DNA of 64,000 nt from assembly GCA_031549195.1 (NCBI GenBank), contig JAVBQF010000006.1, positions 40,091 through 104,090 of the forward strand, written 5' to 3'. Source of the DNA: Bacilli bacterium (GTDB lineage Bacteria; Bacillota_I; Bacilli_A; RF39; UBA660). Shown here one piece after another: positions 35,812 to 44,483 of the stretch. The stretch's first letter is position 1. Every line of letters starts with the position of its first letter. A program made the translations under genes and the position numbers. The notes beneath the pieces were generated by a model. It saw only the letters and a list, made by a program, of their open reading frames with translations. It had not been told where the DNA came from and ran no database searches.

Positions 35812-37078
35812 ACTAGCAGGTCTAGACCAAGAAATACATCATGAAATACTTGATAATGGATTAGAATTTTATTGGTTGCCTTATAAAAATAAGAATAATT
35901 ATTTTGTAAGCTACGTATCAAAATTTGGAAGTGTCGATTTAGAATTTAAAAGTGATGGTAAATATGTAAGCGTGCCGGCAGGAATTGCTCATTTTCTTGA
36001 ACACAAAATTTTTGCTCAAGAAGATGATATTGATCCGATGGACTTCTTTGCAAGAAGTGGAACTGATTGCAATGCATCCACTACTTATAACATAACAAAA
36101 TATATTATTGGTGGTACAAATAATTTGGAAGAAAATCTTGATTACTTATTAACCTTTGTTAATAGACCATACTTTACAGACGAGAATGTTTTAAAGGAAA
36201 AAGGAATAATAATTGAAGAAGTTAAGATGTATCAAAATGACCCAGGATGGATTTTATCTGGAGAATTATATAAGAATACTTTTAAGAAACATCCAATTAG
36301 AATCGATATAGGTGGTACTGTAGAGAGTGTAAAAAGTATTACAAAAGAAGATATATATACTTGCTATAATACCTTTTATCAACCGTCAAATATGATTTTA
36401 CTTATTGGTGGTAATTTTAACTTTGATAGAATAGTGAATGTAATAAAAAATAACAAGTGCTTAAATGCTAAAACTGAAAAGAAGAAAATAGAAATTAAAA
36501 GGATAAATGAACCTGTTGAGATAAATAAAGCTTTTGCAGAAGTTAAAGTTCCTAATGTAGTTATACCTAAGTTATCTTTTGCTATAAAACAAAGTATTAA
36601 GGAAGTTAAAAAGAATGATAGATATATCAACAATTTGTATATAAATATGATTCTAACAATACTATTTGGAAGTGCTTCTACATTTAGAGAAGAGATGCTT
36701 AAAAATAGTAAAATGACAGCTTTAGCATTTGATAGAGTAACCGTTGATGATATTATGATAATAGAGTTCTTTGCAGAAACAAATAAACCTAAAGATTTAG
36801 TTGATAAGATATTAGAGCATTTAAAAGAGCATCCAATTACAAAAGAAGATGTTGAAAGATGCAAAAAAGTCTGGATTGCATCTGAAGTGTTAATTAGTGA
36901 TAATATAGAAGCAACAATCAACAATATTGCATCAGATATAGATGAAATTGGCGAACTTATACCTGATAAAATAGACATTATAAGAAAATTATCATATAAA
37001 GAACTAGAAAGGGTAAGAGAAAAGCTAGAATATACAAATACATCATTAGTATTAGTGGATGGTGAGAAAGAGGACTAA
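35783..37078 (+). CDS. M16-family zinc peptidase (HxxEH present: HFLEHK)
   Basis: HFLEHKIF inverted zincin motif and a downstream Glu region (EEVKMYQNDP). Confidence 0.6.
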   Translation: MVIKKMKKIELAGLDQEIHHEILDNGLEFYWLPYKNKNNYFVSYVSKFGSVDLEFKSDGKYVSVPAGIAHFLEHKIFAQEDDIDPMDFFARSGTDCNASTTYNITKYIIGGTNNLEENLDYLLTFVNRPYFTDENVLKEKGIIIEEVKMYQNDPGWILSGELYKNTFKKHPIRIDIGGTVESVKSITKEDIYTCYNTFYQPSNMILLIGGNFNFDRIVNVIKNNKCLNAKTEKKKIEIKRINEPVEINKAFAEVKVPNVVIPKLSFAIKQSIKEVKKNDRYINNLYINMILTILFGSASTFREEMLKNSKMTALAFDRVTVDDIMIIEFFAETNKPKDLVDKILEHLKEHPITKEDVERCKKVWIASEVLISDNIEATINNIASDIDEIGELIPDKIDIIRKLSYKELERVREKLEYTNTSLVLVDGEKED

Positions 37079-37183
37079 CAGAAATGTTAGTTTTTAAATG
37101 TAATAATATTTTATTGCATACAATTATATTGTGGTATAATTAAATAGTGAGAAAAAATACAAATGGTTTAAAAGAGGTAATGA

Positions 37184-37756
37184 ATGTTATATAGAGTAGT
37201 TAGATTGATTATTACACCATTGTTTAAGATGATATTTAGGCCTAAATATATTGGAAGAAATAATATTCCTAGAAAAGGCAGAATTGTATTAGCTGGAAAT
37301 CATACTAACAATTTAGATTCTGTTTTAGTATTGTCTTCTACCAAACGAACAGTTCATTTTTTAGCAAAGAAAGAACTTGTTGATAGCAACTTAGGCTTTA
37401 TATTTAAAAACTTAGAAATAATTCCAGTAGATAGAAAAAGAAAAAATAAAGAAGCTTTGATAGAGGCTGAAAATATACTCAATAATGATGAAGTGATAGG
37501 AATATTTCCAGAAGGAACTATTAATAGAACAGAAGATGTTATAATGCCATTTAAAATGGGAGCAGTATCTATGGCGAGTAAGACAAATACTAAGATACTC
37601 CCATTTATAATTAGTGGAGAATATGGTTTCCTTAAAAAAAGAGTAAAAATTGAGTTTCTTTCTCCTTATGAGTTAGAAAGTGATAATCTTGAAGTAGAAA
37701 ATAAAAAATTAGAAAATATTATAAGTAAAAATATTATTAAGAGTAGGAGTGCATAA
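37184..37756 (+). CDS. 1-acyl-sn-glycerol-3-phosphate acyltransferase-like (PlsC/LPLAT family)
   Basis: HxxxxD motif (NHTNNLD), FPEGTINRT, and MPFKMGAV. Confidence 0.6.
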   Translation: MLYRVVRLIITPLFKMIFRPKYIGRNNIPRKGRIVLAGNHTNNLDSVLVLSSTKRTVHFLAKKELVDSNLGFIFKNLEIIPVDRKRKNKEALIEAENILNNDEVIGIFPEGTINRTEDVIMPFKMGAVSMASKTNTKILPFIISGEYGFLKKRVKIEFLSPYELESDNLEVENKKLENIISKNIIKSRSA

Positions 37757-39489
37757 TGGGAATATTGGATATTTTTAAAGGAAAGAAGAAATTAACTGGT
37801 CCATGGTTAAAATATTATACAAAGGAAGACATTAACTTTAAGGTACCAGATGTATCAATTTATGAATTTTTAAAAGAAAGATCTAAAGAATGGAAGCATT
37901 CTATTGCATATAACTATTTTGGTAAGACAGCAACATTTGATGCTTTTATTAAAGAAATTGATGAAGCTGCAAGATCATTTAGATGCCAAGGTATTCGTCC
38001 AGGTGATGTTGTTACTGTATGTATGCCAAATACACCAGAAGCAATTATATCTTTTTATGCCTTAAATAAAATTGGGGCGGTTGCAAATATGATACATCCA
38101 TTATCTGGGGAACAGGAAATAAAAGAGTATTTAGTATCAACGAACAGTGTTATGCTTGTTATGGTAGATTTATGTTATGAGAAAGTTAAAAATATAATCA
38201 AAGAAACAAATGTGTATAAGACTATTGTCATATCTGTAAAGGATTCTATGCCTGTTTTAATTGGAATGGGGTATTTCTTTACAAGAGGATTTAAAGTTAG
38301 TAGACCATCACGTAGTGAGGATTATTTATATTGGAAGGATTTTATTAGAAAAGGTCACAGATATCATAATGATGGAACTATTCAAGTAAAAAAGGATATG
38401 CCTGCAGTTATATTGCACAGTGGTGGTACAACTGGAAGTCCAAAGGGAATCGTTTTATCAAATGCTAACTTCAATGTATTATCATTTCAAATCAAGGGAA
38501 CAATTTATGATATAGGAGTGGGTGATAGAACTCTTGCTATACTGCCAGTCTTTCATGGCTTTGGTCTTTGTGCAAATATTCATCTACCTTTAACGATTGG
38601 TGCAACAGTAGTGCCAGTGCCACAACTTGATGCTAAAAAGTTTGATAAATTATTAGAAAAATATAGACCAACGATTCTTTTTGGAGTGCCAACTCTTTAT
38701 GAAGCAATGTGTAATATTAAGAATGATTCACTAGACTTATCATTTGTAAAATATGTAATATCTGGTGGGGACTCACTAAAACCAGCTGCTATTAGAAAAG
38801 TAGACCTTTATTTAAGAGAACATAATTCAAAAGCAGTATTATCACAAGGATATGGCATGACAGAAAGTGTATCTGCAACAGCAGTGGCACTTAAAGTAAA
38901 CAAAGAAGGTAGTATTGGTATACCACTTCCTGGAAACTTTTATAAAGTAGTAACACCAAATACACAAGAAGAAGTTCAAGTTGGAGAAGATGGAGAAATA
39001 TGTGTTTCGGGACCATCTGTTATGCTTGGATATTTAAATAATGAAAAAGAAACCAATGAAATATTACAAATACATAAGGATGGTCACGTATGGCTACATA
39101 CAGGCGATATTGGATACATGGATTCAGATGGAGTATTCTTCTATAAACAAAGATTAAAAAGAATGCTTATCGTATCAGGATACAATGTTTATCCAAGCCA
39201 TGTAGAAAGCGTTATAGAGGAGCATGCTGCAGTAATGAATTGTACAGTTATTGGTATACCACATCCATATAAGGTACAAGTGCCAAAAGCATTTATTGTA
39301 TTAAATTCAGATTATAAAGATAGCTATTCTGTTAAAAAAAGCATCAAAGAACATTGTGAAAAAAATCTAGCAAAATATGCAATACCTGCTGAGTTTGAAT
39401 TTAGGCAGTCTCTTCCAAAAACAATGATTGGAAAAGTTGACTTTAAACAACTTCAAGTAGAAGAAGACAATAAGCGTAAAGATAGTTAA
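37756..39489 (+). CDS. AMP-dependent synthetase/ligase (long-chain acyl-CoA synthetase, FadD-like)
   Basis: AMP-binding motif I LHSGGTTGSPKGI, motif II YGMTE, motif III GDIGYMDSDG. The start overlaps the upstream stop (TAATG). Confidence 0.65.
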   Translation: MGILDIFKGKKKLTGPWLKYYTKEDINFKVPDVSIYEFLKERSKEWKHSIAYNYFGKTATFDAFIKEIDEAARSFRCQGIRPGDVVTVCMPNTPEAIISFYALNKIGAVANMIHPLSGEQEIKEYLVSTNSVMLVMVDLCYEKVKNIIKETNVYKTIVISVKDSMPVLIGMGYFFTRGFKVSRPSRSEDYLYWKDFIRKGHRYHNDGTIQVKKDMPAVILHSGGTTGSPKGIVLSNANFNVLSFQIKGTIYDIGVGDRTLAILPVFHGFGLCANIHLPLTIGATVVPVPQLDAKKFDKLLEKYRPTILFGVPTLYEAMCNIKNDSLDLSFVKYVISGGDSLKPAAIRKVDLYLREHNSKAVLSQGYGMTESVSATAVALKVNKEGSIGIPLPGNFYKVVTPNTQEEVQVGEDGEICVSGPSVMLGYLNNEKETNEILQIHKDGHVWLHTGDIGYMDSDGVFFYKQRLKRMLIVSGYNVYPSHVESVIEEHAAVMNCTVIGIPHPYKVQVPKAFIVLNSDYKDSYSVKKSIKEHCEKNLAKYAIPAEFEFRQSLPKTMIGKVDFKQLQVEEDNKRKDS

Positions 39490-39498
39490 GGAGTAATA

Positions 39499-40095
39499 AT
39501 GAAAAAAAAACATGGAGAATTTGGTTATAAACTTTTTAGACTTATTTTAGGTCCAATATTTAAATTATATTATAATCCTAAAGTAATTGGAAAAGAGAAT
39601 ATACCGAAAGAAGGCGCAATGCTTATTGCTGGAAATCATAAGCATTTATTTGATCAGTGTCTATCAGTTATATCAACAAAAAGAGTAATACACTACATGG
39701 CAAAAAAAGAACATCTTGATGGTAAGATGGGATGGTTTTTTAGATCGTGCGGATGTATACGTGTAGATAGAAGTATTAAAGATGAAAACGCAAAGGCAGA
39801 AGCACTTGATGTATTAAATGATGGTGGAGCAATCGGAATATTTCCAGAGGGAACAAGAAATAGAACAGAAGCTTTCTTATTACCATTTAAGTTTGGTGTA
39901 GTATCTATGGCAAGTAAAACAGATGCGACTATTGTACCGTTTGGACTTACTGGTGATTATAAATTCAGAAGCAAAAACTTAACTGTTAGATTTGGTAGGC
40001 CATTTAAAGTAGGAAATATGACTTTAGAAGAAGCTAATAAAAAATTAGAAGAAGAAGTTGGAAAGTTAATGAAGGAGAGTTTGAATAAAAGGTAA
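39499..40095 (+). CDS. Second PlsC/LPLAT-family acyltransferase
   Basis: NHKHLFD (HxxxxD), FPEGTRNRT, LPFKFGVV. Confidence 0.6.
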   Translation: MKKKHGEFGYKLFRLILGPIFKLYYNPKVIGKENIPKEGAMLIAGNHKHLFDQCLSVISTKRVIHYMAKKEHLDGKMGWFFRSCGCIRVDRSIKDENAKAEALDVLNDGGAIGIFPEGTRNRTEAFLLPFKFGVVSMASKTDATIVPFGLTGDYKFRSKNLTVRFGRPFKVGNMTLEEANKKLEEEVGKLMKESLNKR

Positions 40096-40113
40096 ACTCT
40101 TTTTTAAAAATAA

Positions 40114-40135
40114 AAATACAGAATTAACTGTATTT
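40114..40135. terminator. Bidirectional terminator (AAATACAG-aattaa-CTGTATTT) between plsC-like (+) and csp (-)
   Basis: Read directly; T/A runs on both sides. Confidence 0.5.
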
Positions 40136-40139
40136 CAAA

Positions 40140-40352
40140 CTACATCTTTACTTCTTCTAAACTTTTAACATTTACAGCTTGAAATCCTTTTGAAGTTTCA
40201 AGTAATTCAAAATCAACATCTTCGCCTTCTCTTAAAGTTCTAAAACCATTAGTTAAAATTGCAGAATAATGAACAAAAATATCTTCACTATTTCTATTGG
40301 TTATAAATCCATAACCCTTTTGATTATTAAACCATTTTACTTTTGATTTCAT
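40140..40352 (-). CDS. Cold-shock protein (CspA family)
   Basis: MKSKVKWFNNQKGYGFI...DIFVHYSAI contains RNP1 and RNP2 motifs. Confidence 0.85.
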   Translation of the reverse strand: MKSKVKWFNNQKGYGFITNRNSEDIFVHYSAILTNGFRTLREGEDVDFELLETSKGFQAVNVKSLEEVKM

Positions 40353-40440
40353 TTGTACCTCCTTATGATATGATTATATAGAAATATTTGATATAATTAA
40401 AATACTAAAAAATTATAACAATGATAAGGAGAACTTATGA

Positions 40441-41337
40441 ATGCATAGAGTTAATTTTGAATTATATAAAGTGTTTTATGTAGTAACAAAACATAGGAAC
40501 ATTACTAGGGCAAGCGAAGAATTGTTAATAAGCCAACCAGCAATAACACAATCAATTAAGAAGTTAGAGGATCAACTAGGGGGAGTTCTATTTACTAGAA
40601 GTAAAAAAGGAGTAGAACTTACTATGGATGGAGAATATCTTTTTAATAATATTAAGGAACACATTGAAGGCCTTCATAAAAATAGTTACTATTTTGATAA
40701 TATTAAGAATTTAGATGTAGGGGTATTAAGAATAGGTAGTGATATATCAAACTTTAACAATATATTGATGCCATTTATAAAGATGTTTCATAAGCTACAT
40801 CCAAATATCGATGTAAAAATAATAAGAAAAGAAAATTATGAGTTACTTAATATGCTTGAACATAATGATATAGATATTATATTACTCAATATGCCTGTAA
40901 ATTATCAAGACAAAGTAAAGGTAATTAAAACATTTGAATTTACAGAAAGTTTTATTGGAAGTTATGATCTGTATGAGGAATACAAAAATAGGCTAATTAC
41001 TTTGAAAGATGTGGAAAAAATACCGCTAGTATTATTAGCATATCCTTCTACATCAAGAAAAAACATAGAGTCCTTCTTTGAAAAAAATAGGATAAGACCA
41101 TATCCAAAATATGAATTTGATAGCTATTCAATGGCACTTGATTTTGTTAAGAATGGTTTCGGTTTTGGAGTAATCAATAAAGAATATGTTAAAAGTGAAT
41201 TGGAGTCTAAAAAGTTATTTGTATTAAATACAGAATTTACACTTCCACCTAGAAAGAAGATAATAGGTGTCAGCACAATTCATAAAACAAGTATATGTGC
41301 AAATAAGTTTTTACAAATTGTTATACAAGGTAATTAA
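40441..41337 (+). CDS. LysR-family transcriptional regulator
   Basis: N-terminal HTH (ITRASEELLISQPAITQSIKKLEDQLGGVLFTR) plus a C-terminal substrate-binding domain. Confidence 0.7.
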   Translation: MHRVNFELYKVFYVVTKHRNITRASEELLISQPAITQSIKKLEDQLGGVLFTRSKKGVELTMDGEYLFNNIKEHIEGLHKNSYYFDNIKNLDVGVLRIGSDISNFNNILMPFIKMFHKLHPNIDVKIIRKENYELLNMLEHNDIDIILLNMPVNYQDKVKVIKTFEFTESFIGSYDLYEEYKNRLITLKDVEKIPLVLLAYPSTSRKNIESFFEKNRIRPYPKYEFDSYSMALDFVKNGFGFGVINKEYVKSELESKKLFVLNTEFTLPPRKKIIGVSTIHKTSICANKFLQIVIQGN

Positions 41338-41439
41338 TATTAAATAAATTGCATTTTTAAGATTTCTTTTCTTTTATAATAATATCTTTTACAAAAACAA
41401 TTACTATGATATAATCTTTTATAGAATAGGGTTGATAGA

Positions 41440-43218
41440 ATGGTAGAATCATTAGGAAAAATTATAAACATTGAAGGAAGCACAATTATAGTAAAATCAT
41501 TAGTTAATATTGACACATTACCGAACTTAGTGAATTCACATTTGGTATTTGAAGATGGCACTAAAAGAATAGTTGCAGAAGTTTTAAGTGTTGAAATAGA
41601 AACAATGAAGGCAAGTGTTGTAGGAGAAATTATTGATAACAGGTTTACACCAGGACTTAATAATAAGCCAGCTTTTTCATCAGGTATTAGAAGAATTAAA
41701 ATGGAAGAATTACCACTGATTTTTGGTAGTCAAGAAATAACTGATAATACAGAAATACATCTAGGATATTCGACAGTATATGATAACTATAAAATAAATA
41801 TTGGTATTAATAATTTCTTTAGTAATCATTTTTCAATACTTGGTAATACTGGTAGTGGAAAAAGTTCAGCTATGTCTAGGCTAATACAAAATATATTTAC
41901 TAGTAATACTTATCTACCTGTTAATGCAAATATATTTATTTTTGATGCTTATGGAGAATACAATAGTGCATTTTCAATGATAAATGAGATTAGTCCGGGT
42001 CTTAACTTCAAATCTTATACAACAAATACAATGTATCCAGAAAGCCCCATTTTAAAGATACCATTATGGCTTTTGGATGTTGATGATATAGCACTACTAC
42101 TTGGTGCTACTGAACCTGCACAATTACCAATAATTGAAAAAACTTTGAAGCTAGTCCCAATACTAAATGGTACTAGTGAAGATGTAATCAAACTTAAAAA
42201 TGATATTATTGCAAGGGCACTTCTAGATATATTAAAAAGCGGAAAAGATTCTACTAAAATAAGAGACCAAATAACAGCCGTTTTAACTGCATTCAATACA
42301 GAACAATTAAATCTTGAGTCTCCAATCGTTCAACCAGGGTATTATAGAACATTAAAGCAATGTATATTTGTTGATAATAACGGTAAATTACAAGAGATGG
42401 AATTAGTTGTTAATTTCTTGTATGGTTTTGTAAATGAAAATCAAGAAATACCAAAACCAAATGGATTAGTACCGTATAGCCTTATTGATTTAGAACGTGC
42501 ACTAGAGTTTGCTTTAATATCTGAAGGTATCTTAAAGAGTGATAAGGTGTTTGATTATGCTAATATATTAAGTGTTAGACTTCACGCATTAGCTAATAGC
42601 GATGCTGCGCAATATTTTGACTATCCAAAGATGGTTACAAGAATAGGCTTTATTGGTGATTTATTAACAACTTATGAGGGTAAAAAAGCACAAATAGTTA
42701 ACTTTAATATTAACTATGTCGATGATAGATTAGCAAAGACAATCACAAAAATCATATCTAAAATACTATTTGATTATGCAGCAACTACAAAAGAGCGCGG
42801 TAAAATACCATTCCATATAATAATAGAAGAAGCCCATAGATATGTTCAAAAGGATATAGATGCTGAATTACTTGGATATAATATATTTGATAGAATTACC
42901 AAAGAAGGAAGAAAATATGGAGTACTATTAGGACTTATTACACAAAGACCAAGTGAACTATCTGAAACTAGTATTTCACAGTGCTCAAACTTCTTAGTAC
43001 TAAGAACGCTTCACCCAAAAGACTTAGTCTATATAAGAGAAATGGTACCAAATGTTAATGATGAAATAGTTGAAATATTAAATACATTGCAGCCAGGTAA
43101 TGCCATAGAGTTTGGAAGTGCCTTTAAAGTTCCAATTGCATTTAAGATGGACAAACCAAATCCAGAACCATACAGCAGCAATAGTGATGTTGCAAGTATA
43201 TGGTATGCAATAAAATAA
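41440..43218 (+). CDS. HerA-like (DUF87/FtsK-HerA superfamily) ATPase. No partner nuclease in the window.
   Basis: N-terminal barrel region. Walker A GNTGSGKSS, Walker B/catalytic HIIIEEAHRY, and an Arg-finger region LGLITQRPSELSETSISQCSNFLVLR. Confidence 0.55.
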   Translation: MVESLGKIINIEGSTIIVKSLVNIDTLPNLVNSHLVFEDGTKRIVAEVLSVEIETMKASVVGEIIDNRFTPGLNNKPAFSSGIRRIKMEELPLIFGSQEITDNTEIHLGYSTVYDNYKINIGINNFFSNHFSILGNTGSGKSSAMSRLIQNIFTSNTYLPVNANIFIFDAYGEYNSAFSMINEISPGLNFKSYTTNTMYPESPILKIPLWLLDVDDIALLLGATEPAQLPIIEKTLKLVPILNGTSEDVIKLKNDIIARALLDILKSGKDSTKIRDQITAVLTAFNTEQLNLESPIVQPGYYRTLKQCIFVDNNGKLQEMELVVNFLYGFVNENQEIPKPNGLVPYSLIDLERALEFALISEGILKSDKVFDYANILSVRLHALANSDAAQYFDYPKMVTRIGFIGDLLTTYEGKKAQIVNFNINYVDDRLAKTITKIISKILFDYAATTKERGKIPFHIIIEEAHRYVQKDIDAELLGYNIFDRITKEGRKYGVLLGLITQRPSELSETSISQCSNFLVLRTLHPKDLVYIREMVPNVNDEIVEILNTLQPGNAIEFGSAFKVPIAFKMDKPNPEPYSSNSDVASIWYAIK

Positions 43219-43281
43219 GGACTTTAATTTTAAAATAAATTGTGTTAGAATTATCTTAGTGATAATAGGGAGGAATAAATA

Positions 43282-43680
43282 ATGGCATTAGATAAATTAA
43301 AAGGATTTTTTGGTGGAGATGTTGAAGAACGCGATGAAGATGAGATGATTAGCGAAGAATCATATGATATGTCTGGAAATAAAATGATTTTATTAGAACC
43401 AAGAGCATATTCAGAATCACAACAAATCGCAGATTATCTTAAGAATAGAAGCGCAGTAGTAGTAAATCTTAAAAGAGTAACACCAGATCAAGCAAAGAGA
43501 ATTGTAGATTTCTTAAGTGGAACTTTATATGCAATTGAAGGAGATTTACAAAAACTTGGTGGCGGAATATTCTTATGTACTCCAAAAAACTTTAATGTTG
43601 AAGGAAAAATAACGGATGATTCTGTAAAAGGACAAAAAGGAAGAAAAGAAGAAGAGCAAGAAGACGAATTTAATTGGTAA
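43282..43680 (+). CDS. sepF: Cell division protein SepF
   Basis: [12 protein letters not shown]..., then an acidic linker, then the conserved core [28 protein letters not shown]...[19 protein letters not shown]. Confidence 0.7.
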   Translation: MALDKLKGFFGGDVEERDEDEMISEESYDMSGNKMILLEPRAYSESQQIADYLKNRSAVVVNLKRVTPDQAKRIVDFLSGTLYAIEGDLQKLGGGIFLCTPKNFNVEGKITDDSVKGQKGRKEEEQEDEFNW

Positions 43681-43713
43681 TTATAATTAAGTAGCTTTAA
43701 TTGAGGTGATAAT

Positions 43714-44145
43714 GTGAATAGGTTTTCCATTGTTGAAAATGGTTATAGTAAAGAAGAAGTCAACAAATTTGTTGATGATGTTATCGCCCACACTGAAGAT
43801 GTTATAAAAAGAGTTAAACTACAACAAGATAAAATAGAAAGTTTAAAGAAAGAATTAGAGCACTATAAATCAATTGAAGATAACTTGAAGAACTCATTAT
43901 ATAAGGCAGAAGCAGCAGGCAGTGATATTAAAAAACAAGCAATTGAAGAACGTAATATGATTGTTGAAGACGCTAAAAAGAATGCTTCTAGAATAGTAAA
44001 TGATGCACTATTACGTGCTGAAAAGATAGAAATTAAAGCTGATGTCTTAGAACGTAATATGAGAATATTTAAAAAGAAATTAAGACTTGTTATTGAACAA
44101 CAATTAACAGTTGTTGATGAAATTGAAGAGCTAGAGATAAACTAG
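43714..44145 (+). CDS. DivIVA-domain protein
   Basis: N-terminal DivIVA motif FSIVENGYSKEEVNKFVDDV followed by a coiled-coil. GTG start after GAGGTGA. Confidence 0.55.
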   Translation: MNRFSIVENGYSKEEVNKFVDDVIAHTEDVIKRVKLQQDKIESLKKELEHYKSIEDNLKNSLYKAEAAGSDIKKQAIEERNMIVEDAKKNASRIVNDALLRAEKIEIKADVLERNMRIFKKKLRLVIEQQLTVVDEIEELEIN

Positions 44146-44175
44146 TTCTTTTTATTATACAAAATAAAAAACAGC

Positions 44176-44370
44176 TTACTCAGCTGCTTCTTCTACTTTA
44201 GAATCTTTTCTTAATGTTCTTGCTTCTTTATTACTAACTCTTACTCTAGTACCATCTTCTAATCTAACAACTTGAAGATTTAATTTTTGTTTTCTATTAG
44301 TAGTGTTAAGAGCATGACTTCTTTGTCTAGCAGAACAGTTAGGTGTTCTATTTGATACATTAATAGCCAT
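44176..44370 (-). CDS. rpmB: 50S ribosomal protein L28
   Basis: MAINVSNRTPNCSARQRSHALNTTNRKQKLNLQVVRL matches the L28 family pattern (...SHA.N...R....NLQ.V). Confidence 0.7.
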   Translation of the reverse strand: MAINVSNRTPNCSARQRSHALNTTNRKQKLNLQVVRLEDGTRVRVSNKEARTLRKDSKVEEAAE

Positions 44371-44483
44371 AATATCCTCCTTTATATGTAAAAAACACTT
44401 GCTAAATAACTTTATCATAAAATTTTAGTTTAGTCAAATATTTCAATTATATTTTATGTGTGTTAAAATATGCTTAGAAAGGA

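Noticed and set aside
36379-36978. 199-aa minus-strand ORF inside the M16 peptidase gene
   Set aside because: Antisense, hydrophobic low-complexity.
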